Of a stretch of DNA of 64,000 bases, positions 21,269 to 31,807 are shown one piece after another; within the stretch, counting starts at the first letter, position 1, and every line of letters starts with the position of its first letter. A program made the position numbers and the translations under genes. Source of the DNA: an uncultured Bacilli bacterium (GTDB lineage: Bacteria; Bacillota_I; Bacilli_A; RF39; UBA660); contig CANQQX010000003.1 of assembly GCA_947626115.1 (NCBI GenBank), positions 415 to 64,414 on the forward strand, read 5' to 3'. The notes beneath the pieces were generated by a model that was given only the letters and a program-made list of their open reading frames with translations, searched no databases and was not told the DNA's origin.

Positions 21269-22426
21269 TTAATTAGACAATTCATTTTCTTTAATATATT
21301 CTAAAGCCTTTAATTTACCATTTGCAACATATTCTAAAGTAGCACCACCACCACTAGATAGATAGGTAAATTTATCTTGATAGCCAAAAACATTAACAGC
21401 TGATACGGAATCTCCGCCCCCAACAATTACTTTAGCATTACTGTTACTTAGATCATTGAGTAAATTACTCATACCATCTTTATAACATTCTTCTTCATAT
21501 TTACCACAAGTACCATTTAAAAATATTACTTTAGCATTATCTATAATGTCTTTTTCATTAACTAAATTATCATAGATAATATCATTATCTTTTATTTCAT
21601 CTAAATTAACTTTTATATTTTCATTATCTCTCTTAACTATAAAATTATCACTATAAATTAATTTATCACTATGATTATTTAAAATATTTTTAACACTAGC
21701 AAGTACTTCTTCATCAGTACTTACTAAACTATTTCCAACATTATAACCTTTAACTTTTAAGAAAGTATTTAAAATACCACCAGTTAAAATTAATTTATCA
21801 CATTTTTGAAGCATACCTGCAATTATTTTAATCTTATCATCTATTTTAGCACCACCCATTATAACTAAAAAAGGATGATCATTATTTTGAATTAAAATAT
21901 CTAAATTCTTTAATTCTTTTTCAACTAAAAAACCTAAATAAGTAGGTAAATATTTAGATAAACCAGCAGTAGATGCATGAACACGATGTAAAGAAGCAAA
22001 AGCATCAATAACAAAAGCATCGGCAAAACTTGCCCAATATTTAGCAAGTTCTAAATCATTAGCACTTTCTCTTTTTTCTGGTATATCTGTATATCTTGTG
22101 TTTTCTACTAAAAAACATTTCTTAGAAGAATTATTTATGTCACTTAAATCTAGGGGATTAGAGACAAAATCTAAATCAAGATATTTTCTTAAATATTCAT
22201 ATACTATTTTTAAACTATTTTTGTTCTTATCTTCTTCAGTTTTTACTCTTCCAAAATGGCTTAAAATAATTACTTTATTATTGTTATCTAATAGATATTT
22301 AATTGTATCTAAACTTTTAGTAATTTTGCTATAATCACTAATGTTACCATCTTTAACTGGTACATTAAAATCACATCTTAAAATAACACTTTTATTTTGT
22401 AAATTTGCTTCACTTAAGTATTTCAT
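21269..22426 (-). CDS. pgk: phosphoglycerate kinase
   Basis: 385 aa with ILRCDFNVP...SHFGR...GGGDS...SSGGGATLEY. Confidence 0.94.
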   Translation of the reverse strand: MKYLSEANLQNKSVILRCDFNVPVKDGNISDYSKITKSLDTIKYLLDNNNKVIILSHFGRVKTEEDKNKNSLKIVYEYLRKYLDLDFVSNPLDLSDINNSSKKCFLVENTRYTDIPEKRESANDLELAKYWASFADAFVIDAFASLHRVHASTAGLSKYLPTYLGFLVEKELKNLDILIQNNDHPFLVIMGGAKIDDKIKIIAGMLQKCDKLILTGGILNTFLKVKGYNVGNSLVSTDEEVLASVKNILNNHSDKLIYSDNFIVKRDNENIKVNLDEIKDNDIIYDNLVNEKDIIDNAKVIFLNGTCGKYEEECYKDGMSNLLNDLSNSNAKVIVGGGDSVSAVNVFGYQDKFTYLSSGGGATLEYVANGKLKALEYIKENELSN

Positions 22427-22514
22427 TTTATCACCATTTTTATTGTATCAAAAAAAGTCAAGTAATTAAACTCAACTTATAAATATTTGACATAAATTTT
22501 ATTATTTACATAAA

Positions 22515-23519
22515 TTATTTAAACATAGCTTTAGCAGTTCTTAACATTTGGGCAGTATAACCAAGTTCGTTATCGTACCATGCTACTATTTTATATAATC
22601 TTTTACCATCTACCTCAACAAAATTTGTAAGTAGACCATCTACTAAAGCACCATATCTTTTACCAATTATATCAGATGATACAACAGGATCTTTAGTAAA
22701 TTTTAAAGATTCACTTTGATGTGATAAAAATGCATTATTTATTTCATCTACTGATGGAGTATTTTTTAATTCTAAAGTTACATCTATAAGTGAACCATCA
22801 GGAACAGGTACACGATAAGCAAGACCATCAAGTTTACCTTGTAACTCGGGAATAACTAAACCAATAGCAGATGCTGCCCCAGTTGTTGCTGGAATAATAT
22901 TTTGACTAGCAGCTCTCCCCCTTCTTGCATATATTCCTTTTTTATGGGATATATCTAGTGTTTCTTGATCATTAGTAAAGGCATGAACTGTACTCATAAA
23001 TCCTTTTTCAATACCAAATTCATCATTGATAACTTTTAAAACAGGGGCAAGACAATTAGTAGTACAAGATGCACCAGATACTACTACTTCACTACCATCT
23101 AAGATATTATCATTAACACCATAAACAATTGTCTTCATATCACCTTTACCAGGGGCGGAAATTAAAACTTTTTTAGCACCAGCTTCAATATGTTTATGAG
23201 CATCTTCTAATTTAGTAAATGCTCCAGTACATTCTAAAACTAAATCAACATTTAAATCTTTCCAAGGTAAATTTACTGGATCTTTTTCGGCATATACCTT
23301 TATTTTTTTAGTACCAGCAATTACTAAAGAGTCACTATCAAAAGATATTTCATCTTCATGAAAAGATCGATGAACTGTATCATATTTTATTAAATGACAC
23401 AACTGTTCGGCATTTGTTAAATCATTAATTGCTACAATATCAAAATCGCTTCCTGTAATCATTTCTCTAAAAGCAATTCTACCAATTCTACCAAAACCAT
23501 TAATCGCTACTCTAATCAT
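22515..23519 (-). CDS. gap: glyceraldehyde-3-phosphate dehydrogenase
   Basis: Translation MIRVAINGFGRIGR...SGASCTTNCLAP...WYDNELGY. Confidence 0.96.
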   Translation of the reverse strand: MIRVAINGFGRIGRIAFREMITGSDFDIVAINDLTNAEQLCHLIKYDTVHRSFHEDEISFDSDSLVIAGTKKIKVYAEKDPVNLPWKDLNVDLVLECTGAFTKLEDAHKHIEAGAKKVLISAPGKGDMKTIVYGVNDNILDGSEVVVSGASCTTNCLAPVLKVINDEFGIEKGFMSTVHAFTNDQETLDISHKKGIYARRGRAASQNIIPATTGAASAIGLVIPELQGKLDGLAYRVPVPDGSLIDVTLELKNTPSVDEINNAFLSHQSESLKFTKDPVVSSDIIGKRYGALVDGLLTNFVEVDGKRLYKIVAWYDNELGYTAQMLRTAKAMFK

Positions 23520-25164
23520 TAGAACCTCCTATAAATTCTCTTAAAATTGAGTCTTCGTTTACATATTCTCCCGGAATAGGATAAAACATTTTTAAAAAAT
23601 TTAATAATCTTCTTGCTTCTTCATAATAATCACTTTCCACACTAATTGATCTTAAAAGTGGTTCAGCATAAACTTTTTCTACTCCTATTTCATAAGGTAA
23701 AGCCGTATTAATTATGACATCAGCTTGATGAATAAATGGAAATATATTTTTTTCTTCACCATTTCTAACACTCTGCCATGAATGAATTGTTTTATTAACA
23801 TCATAATTTCTTGTTCTATTATCTCTTATTATTCTTCTTATTAATCTTAGGTCTACTGTTGAAATATAATTATGCTTATCTATATTTAATGGGATAAAGG
23901 GACTTAAATAGATTTTATATTTATTTTCTGATGGAATACTTAGTAGTAAATCATCATTAATAGCATGCAACCCTTCAATTAAAATTATACTATTATCTTT
24001 AAGTTCCATATAATTATTGTTATATTCTTTCTTACCCGAAACAAAATTGAATGTTGGCATATTTACTTTTTCACCCGCTAGTAACTTTTGGAGAGTATCA
24101 TTAAATAATTTTAAATCAATGGCTGTTAAACATTCAAAATCATAATTACCATGTTCATCTTTAGGGGACTCATCTCTTTCTAAGAAGAAATCATCAGTAG
24201 ATATTTTAATTGGATCATATCCTTGGGCCATTAAATAAGAAGATAGTCTCTTACAAGTAGTTGTTTTGCCAGAAGAAGATGGACCCGCAATTAAAATAAA
24301 TTTAATATTACGATTATTAGTTATTTCTTTTACCACATTTGATATATTTATATTAAAAACAAGTTCACATGATTTAATAAAATCTTTTATTTTATTTTCT
24401 CCAACTGTTTTATTTATTTCCGTAACATAACTCATATTCAAAGTTTCAAGCCAATTCTTTCCTACTAAATAAGAATTAATTATATTATCATAGTGAACAT
24501 ATTCAGGTAATTCTCCATTTGTTCTACTACTAGGTATAACAAATACTAATCTATTTCTACCTAAATAAACAATTTCATATTTAGTAATACTTCCAGTAGA
24601 ATAAGGCATATCAGAATAAAAATAATTATAATGACCATTAAGTTCATAAAGTGTTACTACTTTATCAGATATATTTTGAATATTTAAAGCTTTTTCTTCA
24701 TGATGATGTTGTTCATAATAAGTAATTGCTTCTTTTTTCTTAACATTTAATTTTTTAAAGACAATATCATCAGATATAATTCTGGCCATTACTCCTTTTA
24801 TTTTGGCTAAATCTTCTTGAGTTATCATATGGTCGCCGATTATCTCACCAAGAAAACCTTTTGGTACACTATGTTGATAAGTTATTTCTAAATTAGGAAA
24901 TACTTCTTTTAAAGCTACCTCAAATATAAACTCTAAACCACTTTTATATATTTTATTACCAGTTAAATCATTTAAATCAATAAAACTTATGGTAGCATCT
25001 TTCCCTGCTTTTTCATTCAAACCAAAAAATTCGTTATTTTTCTTAACTCCTAATATATCTTTTTTCAAATTAAACCCCTTACTAATTTCATAGTAAGTTG
25101 TATTCTTTGGAAATTCTTTAGTATCACCATTTGTTAATGTAATTTTTATTGTTTCCATAGCCAT
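23512..25164 (-). CDS. TGS-domain / uridine-kinase-family nucleoside kinase fusion
   Basis: 550 aa. The N-terminus looks like a ThrRS-type TGS region and the C-terminal half carries the P-loop IAGPSSSGKTT. It overlaps the gap start by 8 nt. Confidence 0.8.
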   Translation of the reverse strand: MAMETIKITLTNGDTKEFPKNTTYYEISKGFNLKKDILGVKKNNEFFGLNEKAGKDATISFIDLNDLTGNKIYKSGLEFIFEVALKEVFPNLEITYQHSVPKGFLGEIIGDHMITQEDLAKIKGVMARIISDDIVFKKLNVKKKEAITYYEQHHHEEKALNIQNISDKVVTLYELNGHYNYFYSDMPYSTGSITKYEIVYLGRNRLVFVIPSSRTNGELPEYVHYDNIINSYLVGKNWLETLNMSYVTEINKTVGENKIKDFIKSCELVFNINISNVVKEITNNRNIKFILIAGPSSSGKTTTCKRLSSYLMAQGYDPIKISTDDFFLERDESPKDEHGNYDFECLTAIDLKLFNDTLQKLLAGEKVNMPTFNFVSGKKEYNNNYMELKDNSIILIEGLHAINDDLLLSIPSENKYKIYLSPFIPLNIDKHNYISTVDLRLIRRIIRDNRTRNYDVNKTIHSWQSVRNGEEKNIFPFIHQADVIINTALPYEIGVEKVYAEPLLRSISVESDYYEEARRLLNFLKMFYPIPGEYVNEDSILREFIGGSND

Positions 25165-25253
25165 GTCCCTTTACTATAAAAAATTTTATCACAAATTAGA
25201 TATTTTTTGAATAAAAACTTACTATTTTTTATATTATAATTATAGGTGAAATA

Positions 25254-25826
25254 ATGAATATAATTCCAACTGTAGTAGAAAAAAGTAGTAATAGAGAATA
25301 TGCTTATGATTTATACTCAAGATTATTAAATGATCGGATTGTCTTTTTAAATGGCGAAATTAATGATAATGTCGCAAGTATTGTTGTATCAGAACTATTA
25401 TATTTAGATAGTTTAAATCATCAAGATATTTATTTATATATTAATAGTCCAGGTGGTTCAATTACTAGTGGCATGGCTATCTATGATACAATGAATTATA
25501 TTAAAAGTGATGTTAAAACTATTTGTATAGGTTTAGCTGCATCAATGGGAGCATTTCTTTTAGCAAATGGTACAAAGGGTAAAAGATGTAGCTTACCTAA
25601 TTCAGAAATTATGATTCATCAACCTTTAGGTGGTACTCAAGGACAAGCTACAGATATAAAGATAGCAGCGGAAAGAATTTTAAAAATAAAGTCAAAATTA
25701 AATAGAATACTCTCAGAAGTTACTGGTAATAAATTAAAAAAGATAGAAAAAGATACTGAAAGAGATAATTTTATGGATCCTGAAGATGCACTAAATTATG
25801 GACTTATAGATGAAATAATAAAATAG
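25254..25826 (+). CDS. clpP: ATP-dependent Clp protease proteolytic subunit
   Basis: Translation contains [15 protein letters not shown]...[11 protein letters not shown]...MIHQPLGG. Confidence 0.96.
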   Translation: MNIIPTVVEKSSNREYAYDLYSRLLNDRIVFLNGEINDNVASIVVSELLYLDSLNHQDIYLYINSPGGSITSGMAIYDTMNYIKSDVKTICIGLAASMGAFLLANGTKGKRCSLPNSEIMIHQPLGGTQGQATDIKIAAERILKIKSKLNRILSEVTGNKLKKIEKDTERDNFMDPEDALNYGLIDEIIK

Positions 25827-25846
25827 TACCTACTAAGATACTATTT

Positions 25847-26137
25847 TTATTTCCATTTAATTATCGTATCACCTTCAGCTGATAACATATATTTTTCTTT
25901 AGCATATCTTGCTAAATAACTACTATCGTGAAGTTTAGTTATTTCGGCATTTAATTTTACTTCATTATCTAAAAGTGATGTATATTTTTGGGAAAGTTCT
26001 GCTTCTTGTTTTCTATTTTTAAGTATTTGTTGCCAATCTTTATAAACACTGCCAACTAAAATAGTTAACAATATCATTATTGTTAGAGTAATTAATACTA
26101 GTCTTTTTTTCTCTTTTTTACTCTTTTTTATATGCAT
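25847..26137 (-). CDS. divIC: septum formation initiator (FtsB/DivIC family)
   Basis: 96 aa with a basic N-terminus, one transmembrane segment and a coiled coil. It follows yabP-yabQ as in B. subtilis. Confidence 0.8.
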   Translation of the reverse strand: MHIKKSKKEKKRLVLITLTIMILLTILVGSVYKDWQQILKNRKQEAELSQKYTSLLDNEVKLNAEITKLHDSSYLARYAKEKYMLSAEGDTIIKWK

Positions 26138-26195
26138 AATCTTTTCCTCATATATTCCTATTCTTCTTTAAGATTAGCATATCTATAAATACTTT

Positions 26196-26498
26196 TCAAT
26201 GCTTAAAAATTCTTTTTACATTTATTTTACTTAAGAAATTTTTATATATTAAGAAACCTATAAAGAAACCTACAAAAACCATTAAAATAAAATAAATATG
26301 AAAATATCCTTTATTTAAATGATAAAAAATAATTATATAAATAATAGTCATATCTATTACATATATAAATGTTAATATATGTTTTAAATATAATTTTAAA
26401 TCTTTAATCAAATGGAAATTTAAAGATGTTAAAAAATAAAAGAATATACCATATAAAAAAGATACTAAAAAAGAAATTAATTGCAAAGTACTACTCAT
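26196..26498 (-). CDS. yabQ: spore cortex biosynthesis membrane protein YabQ
   Basis: 100-aa polytopic protein. Its start overlaps the yabP stop, and the order yabP-yabQ-divIC is conserved. Confidence 0.7.
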   Translation of the reverse strand: MSSTLQLISFLVSFLYGIFFYFLTSLNFHLIKDLKLYLKHILTFIYVIDMTIIYIIIFYHLNKGYFHIYFILMVFVGFFIGFLIYKNFLSKINVKRIFKH

Positions 26499-26788
26499 TA
26501 TTTAAATAATTTGGAAATTAAACTTTCTTCTTTATTCTTTTTAATATTTTCAATGTATGCAAAACTATTAAGATTACCTTTGATCTTAACATTACCATCA
26601 TGTGTATCTAATTTAACTATTTCTAAATTTTCGCCTTTTAAAAGAATTGTTCCCATATTAGATTCCATTAAAAATTCTTGATCATCAAAACTAACTATTT
26701 TATTAATGCCACTTAAATTAATCATACTACGATCTACTACTTTTATTTCATGGCTACCATAATTATTTAAATCCATAACACTTTCCAT
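26498..26788 (-). CDS. yabP: sporulation protein YabP
   Basis: Translation contains HEIKVVDRSMINLSGINKIVSFDDQEFLMESNMGTILLKGENLEI. Confidence 0.85.
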   Translation of the reverse strand: MESVMDLNNYGSHEIKVVDRSMINLSGINKIVSFDDQEFLMESNMGTILLKGENLEIVKLDTHDGNVKIKGNLNSFAYIENIKKNKEESLISKLFK

Positions 26789-26858
26789 AATTCCTCCTAG
26801 AAAATATTATGATTATAAATAAAAAAATAGTACCAATGGCACTATTTAAATTACTATT

Positions 26859-27122
26859 TTATTCTTCTGTTGGATTGTTGTATTCAGCAAGAATTTTTTC
26901 TTCGATCATTTCTCTAGTTTCTTGATTAGTAGGATGTGCTACATCAACAAATTTATTTTCACCAATTTTATCATTTGGCATAGCGCAGAACATTCTATTT
27001 TCTCCTTCAATAATTCTAATATTGCTTACGGCAAAGCAATCATCAATAGTTATTGTGGCATAACCTTTGACTTTAGACCCTTCTCTTTCAACTTTGTGAA
27101 CTCTTACTTTTGTAATTTCCAT
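26859..27122 (-). CDS. spoVG: septation/sporulation regulator SpoVG
   Basis: Translation MEITKVRVHKVEREGSKVKGYATITIDDCFAV... The ATG at 27122 follows AGGAG; the track start at 27128 is a TTG. Confidence 0.93.
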   Translation of the reverse strand: MEITKVRVHKVEREGSKVKGYATITIDDCFAVSNIRIIEGENRMFCAMPNDKIGENKFVDVAHPTNQETREMIEEKILAEYNNPTEE

Positions 27123-27197
27123 ATACAATCACTCCTATTCTTGATTACTCACAAGCTACTTTAATTGTAAAACATTGGCAAGATTTTTTCAACTATT

Positions 27198-27410
27198 TTA
27201 GATAAATTTTATTTTAATATCACCAGTTATATAATCATTATAAGAAAAACTTTTTTCTACTCCTTCATAAATTATGGAAAAAATATTGGGATAAGTTTTA
27301 TATAAAGTTCCTTCATAACGATTTATTTTATTGCGTAAGCCATAGACAGTAACTACTACTCTTTTATTCAAATTACTCTCTATTTTTTGTCTAACTAAAT
27401 CTATATTCAT
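27198..27410 (-). CDS. veg: Veg family protein
   Basis: 70 aa, MNIDLVRQKIESNLNKRVVVTV...GTLYKTYPNIFSI, adjacent to yabG as in B. subtilis. Confidence 0.85.
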   Translation of the reverse strand: MNIDLVRQKIESNLNKRVVVTVYGLRNKINRYEGTLYKTYPNIFSIIYEGVEKSFSYNDYITGDIKIKFI

Positions 27411-28180
27411 TATCTTGGATACCCCACATACATAAGGCCATTACCAATAATGCCACCCATACCATCTTTACCATATTTAGTTTTTTCTAATACTTTCTTT
27501 AAATCTATTTCTTTATTTCTTTCCGTTAAAGCAATAGTAACGGCAATAATGGCTGGATCTAAGGCATGAATATTTACTCTTTTAGGACTAGATGCATAAT
27601 TGGCTCCAGCTTTAATTAATTCTTCATAATTACTTTGACAAGCACCTGCAATAATAACTAACTTTTCGTGACTCTTTTCATAATTTCGAGCAGCCTTAAC
27701 AGCTTTAATAAAATTCTTAGTATTTTTATAACTATCTAAATTAGTAATACTTTCACCTTTTTTTAAAGCATCATGACCCGTAATAATTAATATATCTGGT
27801 TTATATTCTTTTAAAAGTAAGCCAACTTGTTCATACATATCTTCTTCTTTAATTTTTTTACCAATCGCATATACCCCAATATGTTTATAATATTTTAAAC
27901 ATTTTTCTAAATATTCATTATCCCCATCTATGTGTAGTATCTTACCAGGTAAATAAAAATAATCATCTTTTTCTTTTATTTTAGTACTTCTTACATCATC
28001 ATTATAACTTTCTTCTTTCGGCTCTTCACACTTAACTAAATCAGATACTTCGCTATCAGCATATAATCTAACTTCGGCACCTTTTAAATAATAAATACCA
28101 TTTTTTATATTAATAACTTTAAAAACTGTATCATTGTTGTAACTTTTTCTGGTCACAAAATCCCCTTTATTAATTTCCAA
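27410..28180 (-). CDS. yabG: sporulation-specific protease YabG
   Basis: The N-terminus GDFVTRKSYNNDTVFKVI...VRLYADSEVSDLV parallels B. subtilis YabG. A TTG start at 28180 is likely, because a terminator hairpin lies inside the longer track ORF (to 28225). Confidence 0.85.
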   Translation of the reverse strand: MEINKGDFVTRKSYNNDTVFKVINIKNGIYYLKGAEVRLYADSEVSDLVKCEEPKEESYNDDVRSTKIKEKDDYFYLPGKILHIDGDNEYLEKCLKYYKHIGVYAIGKKIKEEDMYEQVGLLLKEYKPDILIITGHDALKKGESITNLDSYKNTKNFIKAVKAARNYEKSHEKLVIIAGACQSNYEELIKAGANYASSPKRVNIHALDPAIIAVTIALTERNKEIDLKKVLEKTKYGKDGMGGIIGNGLMYVGYPR

Positions 28181-28212
28181 ACATATCACCAGTAAAGTAT
28201 ATGAAAATTTAA

Positions 28213-28237
28213 TTAAAAAAAGCACTTTTTAAGTGCT
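28213..28237 (-). terminator. rho-independent terminator ending the accessory operon
   Basis: On the minus strand: AGCACTT-AAA-AAGTGCT followed by TTTTTTTAATT, 14 nt after the anti-sigma stop. Confidence 0.65.
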
Positions 28238-28250
28238 AATAAATAATAAA

Positions 28251-29024
28251 TTATAACTCTACATTATTTAAAATATCTATTAATTCATCTTTGCTTACAT
28301 TATATCCTTGTATATTATAAAAGATATTATTGTATACAAAAGTGCAGAATGTTTGTGGCCAATATTTACTCTCTGACCATTTAATAATATTAACATCTAA
28401 ATTTAATTTATCTAGGTGATAAGTCTCTAAAAATTTTGATACTGATGATGTTCCCTTTAAAATACTAATATTTTTAAATTCTTCTTCATCATCTTTCGTA
28501 GCATATTGAGTCATAAAGTTTATATCTACTTGTAAATATTTCTTTTTCCGTGTTTCTTCTTTATTCAAATCATATTCACTATAATTATCATCATTTTGTA
28601 ATTTTATAACCCTTATATTTTCATTTTCATCTAATGTTAATTCACAAATATTATAACTATCTTTATTGAAGTTATTAAATTTTAATAATTTTATGTTTAA
28701 TCCTTCTTCTAATTCTTCATGTGTAATATTCTTTTTACATACAAAGTTAGTATTAACTTCTAATTTTTCATTTAAATCTAAATCAAAGATTGTGTCTTTA
28801 CCAAACTTTTCTGTATCTTTCATTTGATAAATATAATCTTCAATGTATTCTTTGGCCATTACTCCAACCCCTAGAAATATAAATAATATTAATATTACAA
28901 TAACAGGTTTTAATATATATCCTTTAGATAATTCTTTTTTATAAATAGTATTATTATATATTTTTTCATCTAATTCTTTAGATACTTTAATATCTTTAAA
29001 AAAATTATTAAATTTATTTTTCAT
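28251..29024 (-). CDS. putative anti-sigma factor (short cytoplasmic N-terminus, one transmembrane segment, extracytoplasmic domain)
   Basis: 257 aa. It overlaps the sigma gene by 11 nt. The transmembrane segment is ILKPVIVILILFIFLGVGVMA. The C-terminal ...YNIQGYNVSKDELIDILNNV recalls DUF4367-type anti-sigma ectodomains (from memory, needs an HMM check). Confidence 0.6.
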   Translation of the reverse strand: MKNKFNNFFKDIKVSKELDEKIYNNTIYKKELSKGYILKPVIVILILFIFLGVGVMAKEYIEDYIYQMKDTEKFGKDTIFDLDLNEKLEVNTNFVCKKNITHEELEEGLNIKLLKFNNFNKDSYNICELTLDENENIRVIKLQNDDNYSEYDLNKEETRKKKYLQVDINFMTQYATKDDEEEFKNISILKGTSSVSKFLETYHLDKLNLDVNIIKWSESKYWPQTFCTFVYNNIFYNIQGYNVSKDELIDILNNVEL

Positions 29025-29496
29025 TGTAAACTCCTTTCATTTCTTTGGCTAAACTTTTAACTATCCTATCTAGTTTAGTTTGAACAGTAGAAGAATTCAT
29101 CTTTAAAATACTCGCTATTTCTTTATGTTTATAACCTTCATAATAATATAAAAATATAAGTATTCTATCTTTAGGTTTAAGTTTAAATAAAGCATCCTTT
29201 AAATCGTTATCATAATTTTCTAAGTAATATAAATTATTTTCTTCTTTTTTATCCATTTGAATTACTCTTTTATACCAAGAAGATAAAAAATAATTTTTAC
29301 ATTCATTAACTGTAACTTTAATACACCATTTTTTAATTTCAATATCACTTGTAAATTTATTTAAATTTTTAAATAATTTAATAAAGACACTTTGAGTAAT
29401 ATCTTCCGCTTCATTTATATTTTTAGTATAACTAAATGCTAATCTTAAAATATCATTTTTGTATAAATTATAAATTCTAATAAATTCTTCTTCCAT
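29014..29496 (-). CDS. ECF-type sigma-70 family RNA polymerase sigma factor
   Basis: Region 2 (AEDITQSVFIKLF...) and region 4 (LKPKDRILIFLYYYEGYKHKEIASILKMNSSTVQTKLDR) are present. The ATG at 29496 is preferred; the track start at 29523 is a TTG. Confidence 0.88.
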   Translation of the reverse strand: MEEEFIRIYNLYKNDILRLAFSYTKNINEAEDITQSVFIKLFKNLNKFTSDIEIKKWCIKVTVNECKNYFLSSWYKRVIQMDKKEENNLYYLENYDNDLKDALFKLKPKDRILIFLYYYEGYKHKEIASILKMNSSTVQTKLDRIVKSLAKEMKGVYNEK

Positions 29497-29587
29497 TACG
29501 CACCACTTTGAAAGGCCTTTCAATATAATAACAAATAAGATTATTAAAATAACTCAAAAAAATAAAAAAGCAATTTACTTTTTTATT

Positions 29588-31798
29588 TTAAGGCAATTTT
29601 ATTTTAAATGCTGTATTAGGAGTTTTTCCGTCTCCACTTTCTATTATGACATCATCTCTCAATGTAATAGTTGGTTTTACGGCAAAATAATTGTCATATG
29701 TTTCTTGAAATATACCTTGGGTTTCTGTCTCAAATACTCCAATCATTGGGTAGTTACCATCACCATATGGAGTCATTGTAGCAGTCTTATAGTCGTGTGT
29801 ATCAGTTCCTCCTAATGGATATGCAAACAATTCACCAACAATTGGAAGTCCAACATATCCAGTCCAAGTATTCGTTGTTTTTTCACAGTCTTTAGTAGTT
29901 TCAGAAGTGTCTGTTTTTTTACATATCGTATTTTTATAACTACCAATCCTGCTTCCATCTTCAGGTTTAAGTTGAGCAGGATTTACATAATAAGTATCTT
30001 CAACCAAATATTTTTTTATACCTTGTTTTTCAAGTTTTTCAAGCCATTCATTATTTAAATACGATAGCCAATAATTATCATTATTTGACTTAACAATTCT
30101 ATCATATGTCTCACTTACACCAGCATCTACATCATATTTAAAATCCATACTACCAAATTGTTTTTTCATAACAGAACCATTATCATCTTTGATATAATTA
30201 GCACTTTTTAATTTAGTTACAAATTTTCCATCTTCATTTTTATGAATATTTACTATACGATATAACATATCATTAATCTGAACAAGTTCTCCTGGAGTTC
30301 TTGTATTTATTGGATCTCCAACTTCAGCTGCTTCTATATCATCTAATAAAACAAAGGGATTAGTTTGTGTTCCTTCACCACTAAATTTAACATCTTTCTT
30401 TAAAACCACCACAGGGCGAACTCCAAAAGCAGTATTTGGCACATCCCATCCTGCTATTCCTCCAAATTGATTAACTCCATTAACACCTGTATAAGGAGGA
30501 GGGGTCAAATTAAAATATGATGATAACCACCAACTATGTCCAAGATTTAAAAAACTACTGCTACCAAACAAAGCAGTCTTGTTAAATTCGTAAGGATTCA
30601 TTAAACCAACGGGAGCTTTTGTTGTATTAGGTGGCTTAATATAGCACCAATTATACCAAGGTGATATATCCCAAGTAGCATCTTCCACTAATATGTTTTC
30701 ATGATTATATAAAGTATCTAAAAAATCTTCATTTAACCATTGTTTTATATATGAGTTTTCAAAGAATCCATCTTCACCAAAATTTATAGCCGATAAAATA
30801 TTTTCGGTAATCATTTTAACTTTTCCATCATTTAATATTTCTGTTATTCTCCACATATAACCCGAATACCAAACATAATTAAAATTCAAACATTCATTAG
30901 TTCCCCAAAAATAGGTATGATAAGGTGGTGTATCATCAAACCCATTATCACCATTACAAGGTGAATCAGTTTGGGATATATTAAAGTATCCACCATTATA
31001 ATTACACATTTTACTATTAGCAATATCCATTATAAATTCACCTAATGTTTTATTTTGAATAATTACATCACCAGTAACATTTTCTATTTGTAAAACATTA
31101 CTTTCTAAAGTAAAATCAGTTACTTTTATATTACCTACATATACATTTAAATTATTTCTATTAATACTATTATCTAAAGTAACTTTTAAAGTATCACCAT
31201 CCATTATTTCTTTAGGATATTTACTTATATTTATATTAAATCCAGAATAAGTTATTTTATGGAATTCTCTAAAATCAATATTTAAATTTAAATTATAAGT
31301 ATCTTTATCACTTCTAAAACCATTCTCTTTATATTTTATAGTAATTTTTATTTCTTTTTTTATTCCTAAATTACATCTATCAACACCACATATTTTATCT
31401 TTTAATTTATAATCATCGATAACCATTTCTAAATTATCTGGTAAATTATCAATTTTTAATATACCCATATCAACATTACCATAATTAATTATTTCTACTA
31501 TAAATGATACAGTAGAACTTTCATTAGGTAAAGTTATATCAGCAAATACTTTGTTATGATCATAATCTTGGGATAATATAATACCACCATTTGTTATACC
31601 ATTACTTACAACAGACGTAACTCTTATATCTTTTTTAGCATTTACCCTTACTGATAAATCATTAACATATAATTTTTGTAAAAAAGCCGACCAACCAATA
31701 GTTAAAAATAATAAACAACAAAAAAGAATACTCAATATTAAATATTGATAATTTTTTCCTTTTTTATATCTTTTATTTATATTTGCTATTTTTTTCAT
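29588..31798 (-). CDS. large secreted protein with a TasA/TapA-type (SipW-dependent) signal, an N-terminal domain like the 221-aa protein, and two copies of the domain found in the 466-aa protein
   Basis: The signal ...LLFLTIGWSAFLQKLYV compares with TasA GGGTWAAFND. Repeats include MWRITEILNDGKV...HSWWLSS...GVRPVVVLKKDVKFSGEGTQTNP and MLYRIVNI...AVKPTITLRDDVIIESGDGKTPN. Confidence 0.75.
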   Translation of the reverse strand: MKKIANINKRYKKGKNYQYLILSILFCCLLFLTIGWSAFLQKLYVNDLSVRVNAKKDIRVTSVVSNGITNGGIILSQDYDHNKVFADITLPNESSTVSFIVEIINYGNVDMGILKIDNLPDNLEMVIDDYKLKDKICGVDRCNLGIKKEIKITIKYKENGFRSDKDTYNLNLNIDFREFHKITYSGFNINISKYPKEIMDGDTLKVTLDNSINRNNLNVYVGNIKVTDFTLESNVLQIENVTGDVIIQNKTLGEFIMDIANSKMCNYNGGYFNISQTDSPCNGDNGFDDTPPYHTYFWGTNECLNFNYVWYSGYMWRITEILNDGKVKMITENILSAINFGEDGFFENSYIKQWLNEDFLDTLYNHENILVEDATWDISPWYNWCYIKPPNTTKAPVGLMNPYEFNKTALFGSSSFLNLGHSWWLSSYFNLTPPPYTGVNGVNQFGGIAGWDVPNTAFGVRPVVVLKKDVKFSGEGTQTNPFVLLDDIEAAEVGDPINTRTPGELVQINDMLYRIVNIHKNEDGKFVTKLKSANYIKDDNGSVMKKQFGSMDFKYDVDAGVSETYDRIVKSNNDNYWLSYLNNEWLEKLEKQGIKKYLVEDTYYVNPAQLKPEDGSRIGSYKNTICKKTDTSETTKDCEKTTNTWTGYVGLPIVGELFAYPLGGTDTHDYKTATMTPYGDGNYPMIGVFETETQGIFQETYDNYFAVKPTITLRDDVIIESGDGKTPNTAFKIKLP

Positions 31799-31807
31799 TA
31801 TGCACCA

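Noticed and set aside
25165-25253. CtsR or CIRCE heat-shock operator upstream of clpP.
   Set aside because: The intergenic region contains no GGTCAAA tandem repeat and no TTAGCACTC-N9-GAGTGCTAA inverted repeat.
28181-28225. The long N-terminal extension of YabG in the ORF track (MLFLIKFSYTLLVIC...).
   Set aside because: This segment contains the terminator hairpin of the upstream operon (28221-28237). Homology to B. subtilis YabG begins at the downstream TTG (28180), which has its own GGTGA RBS.
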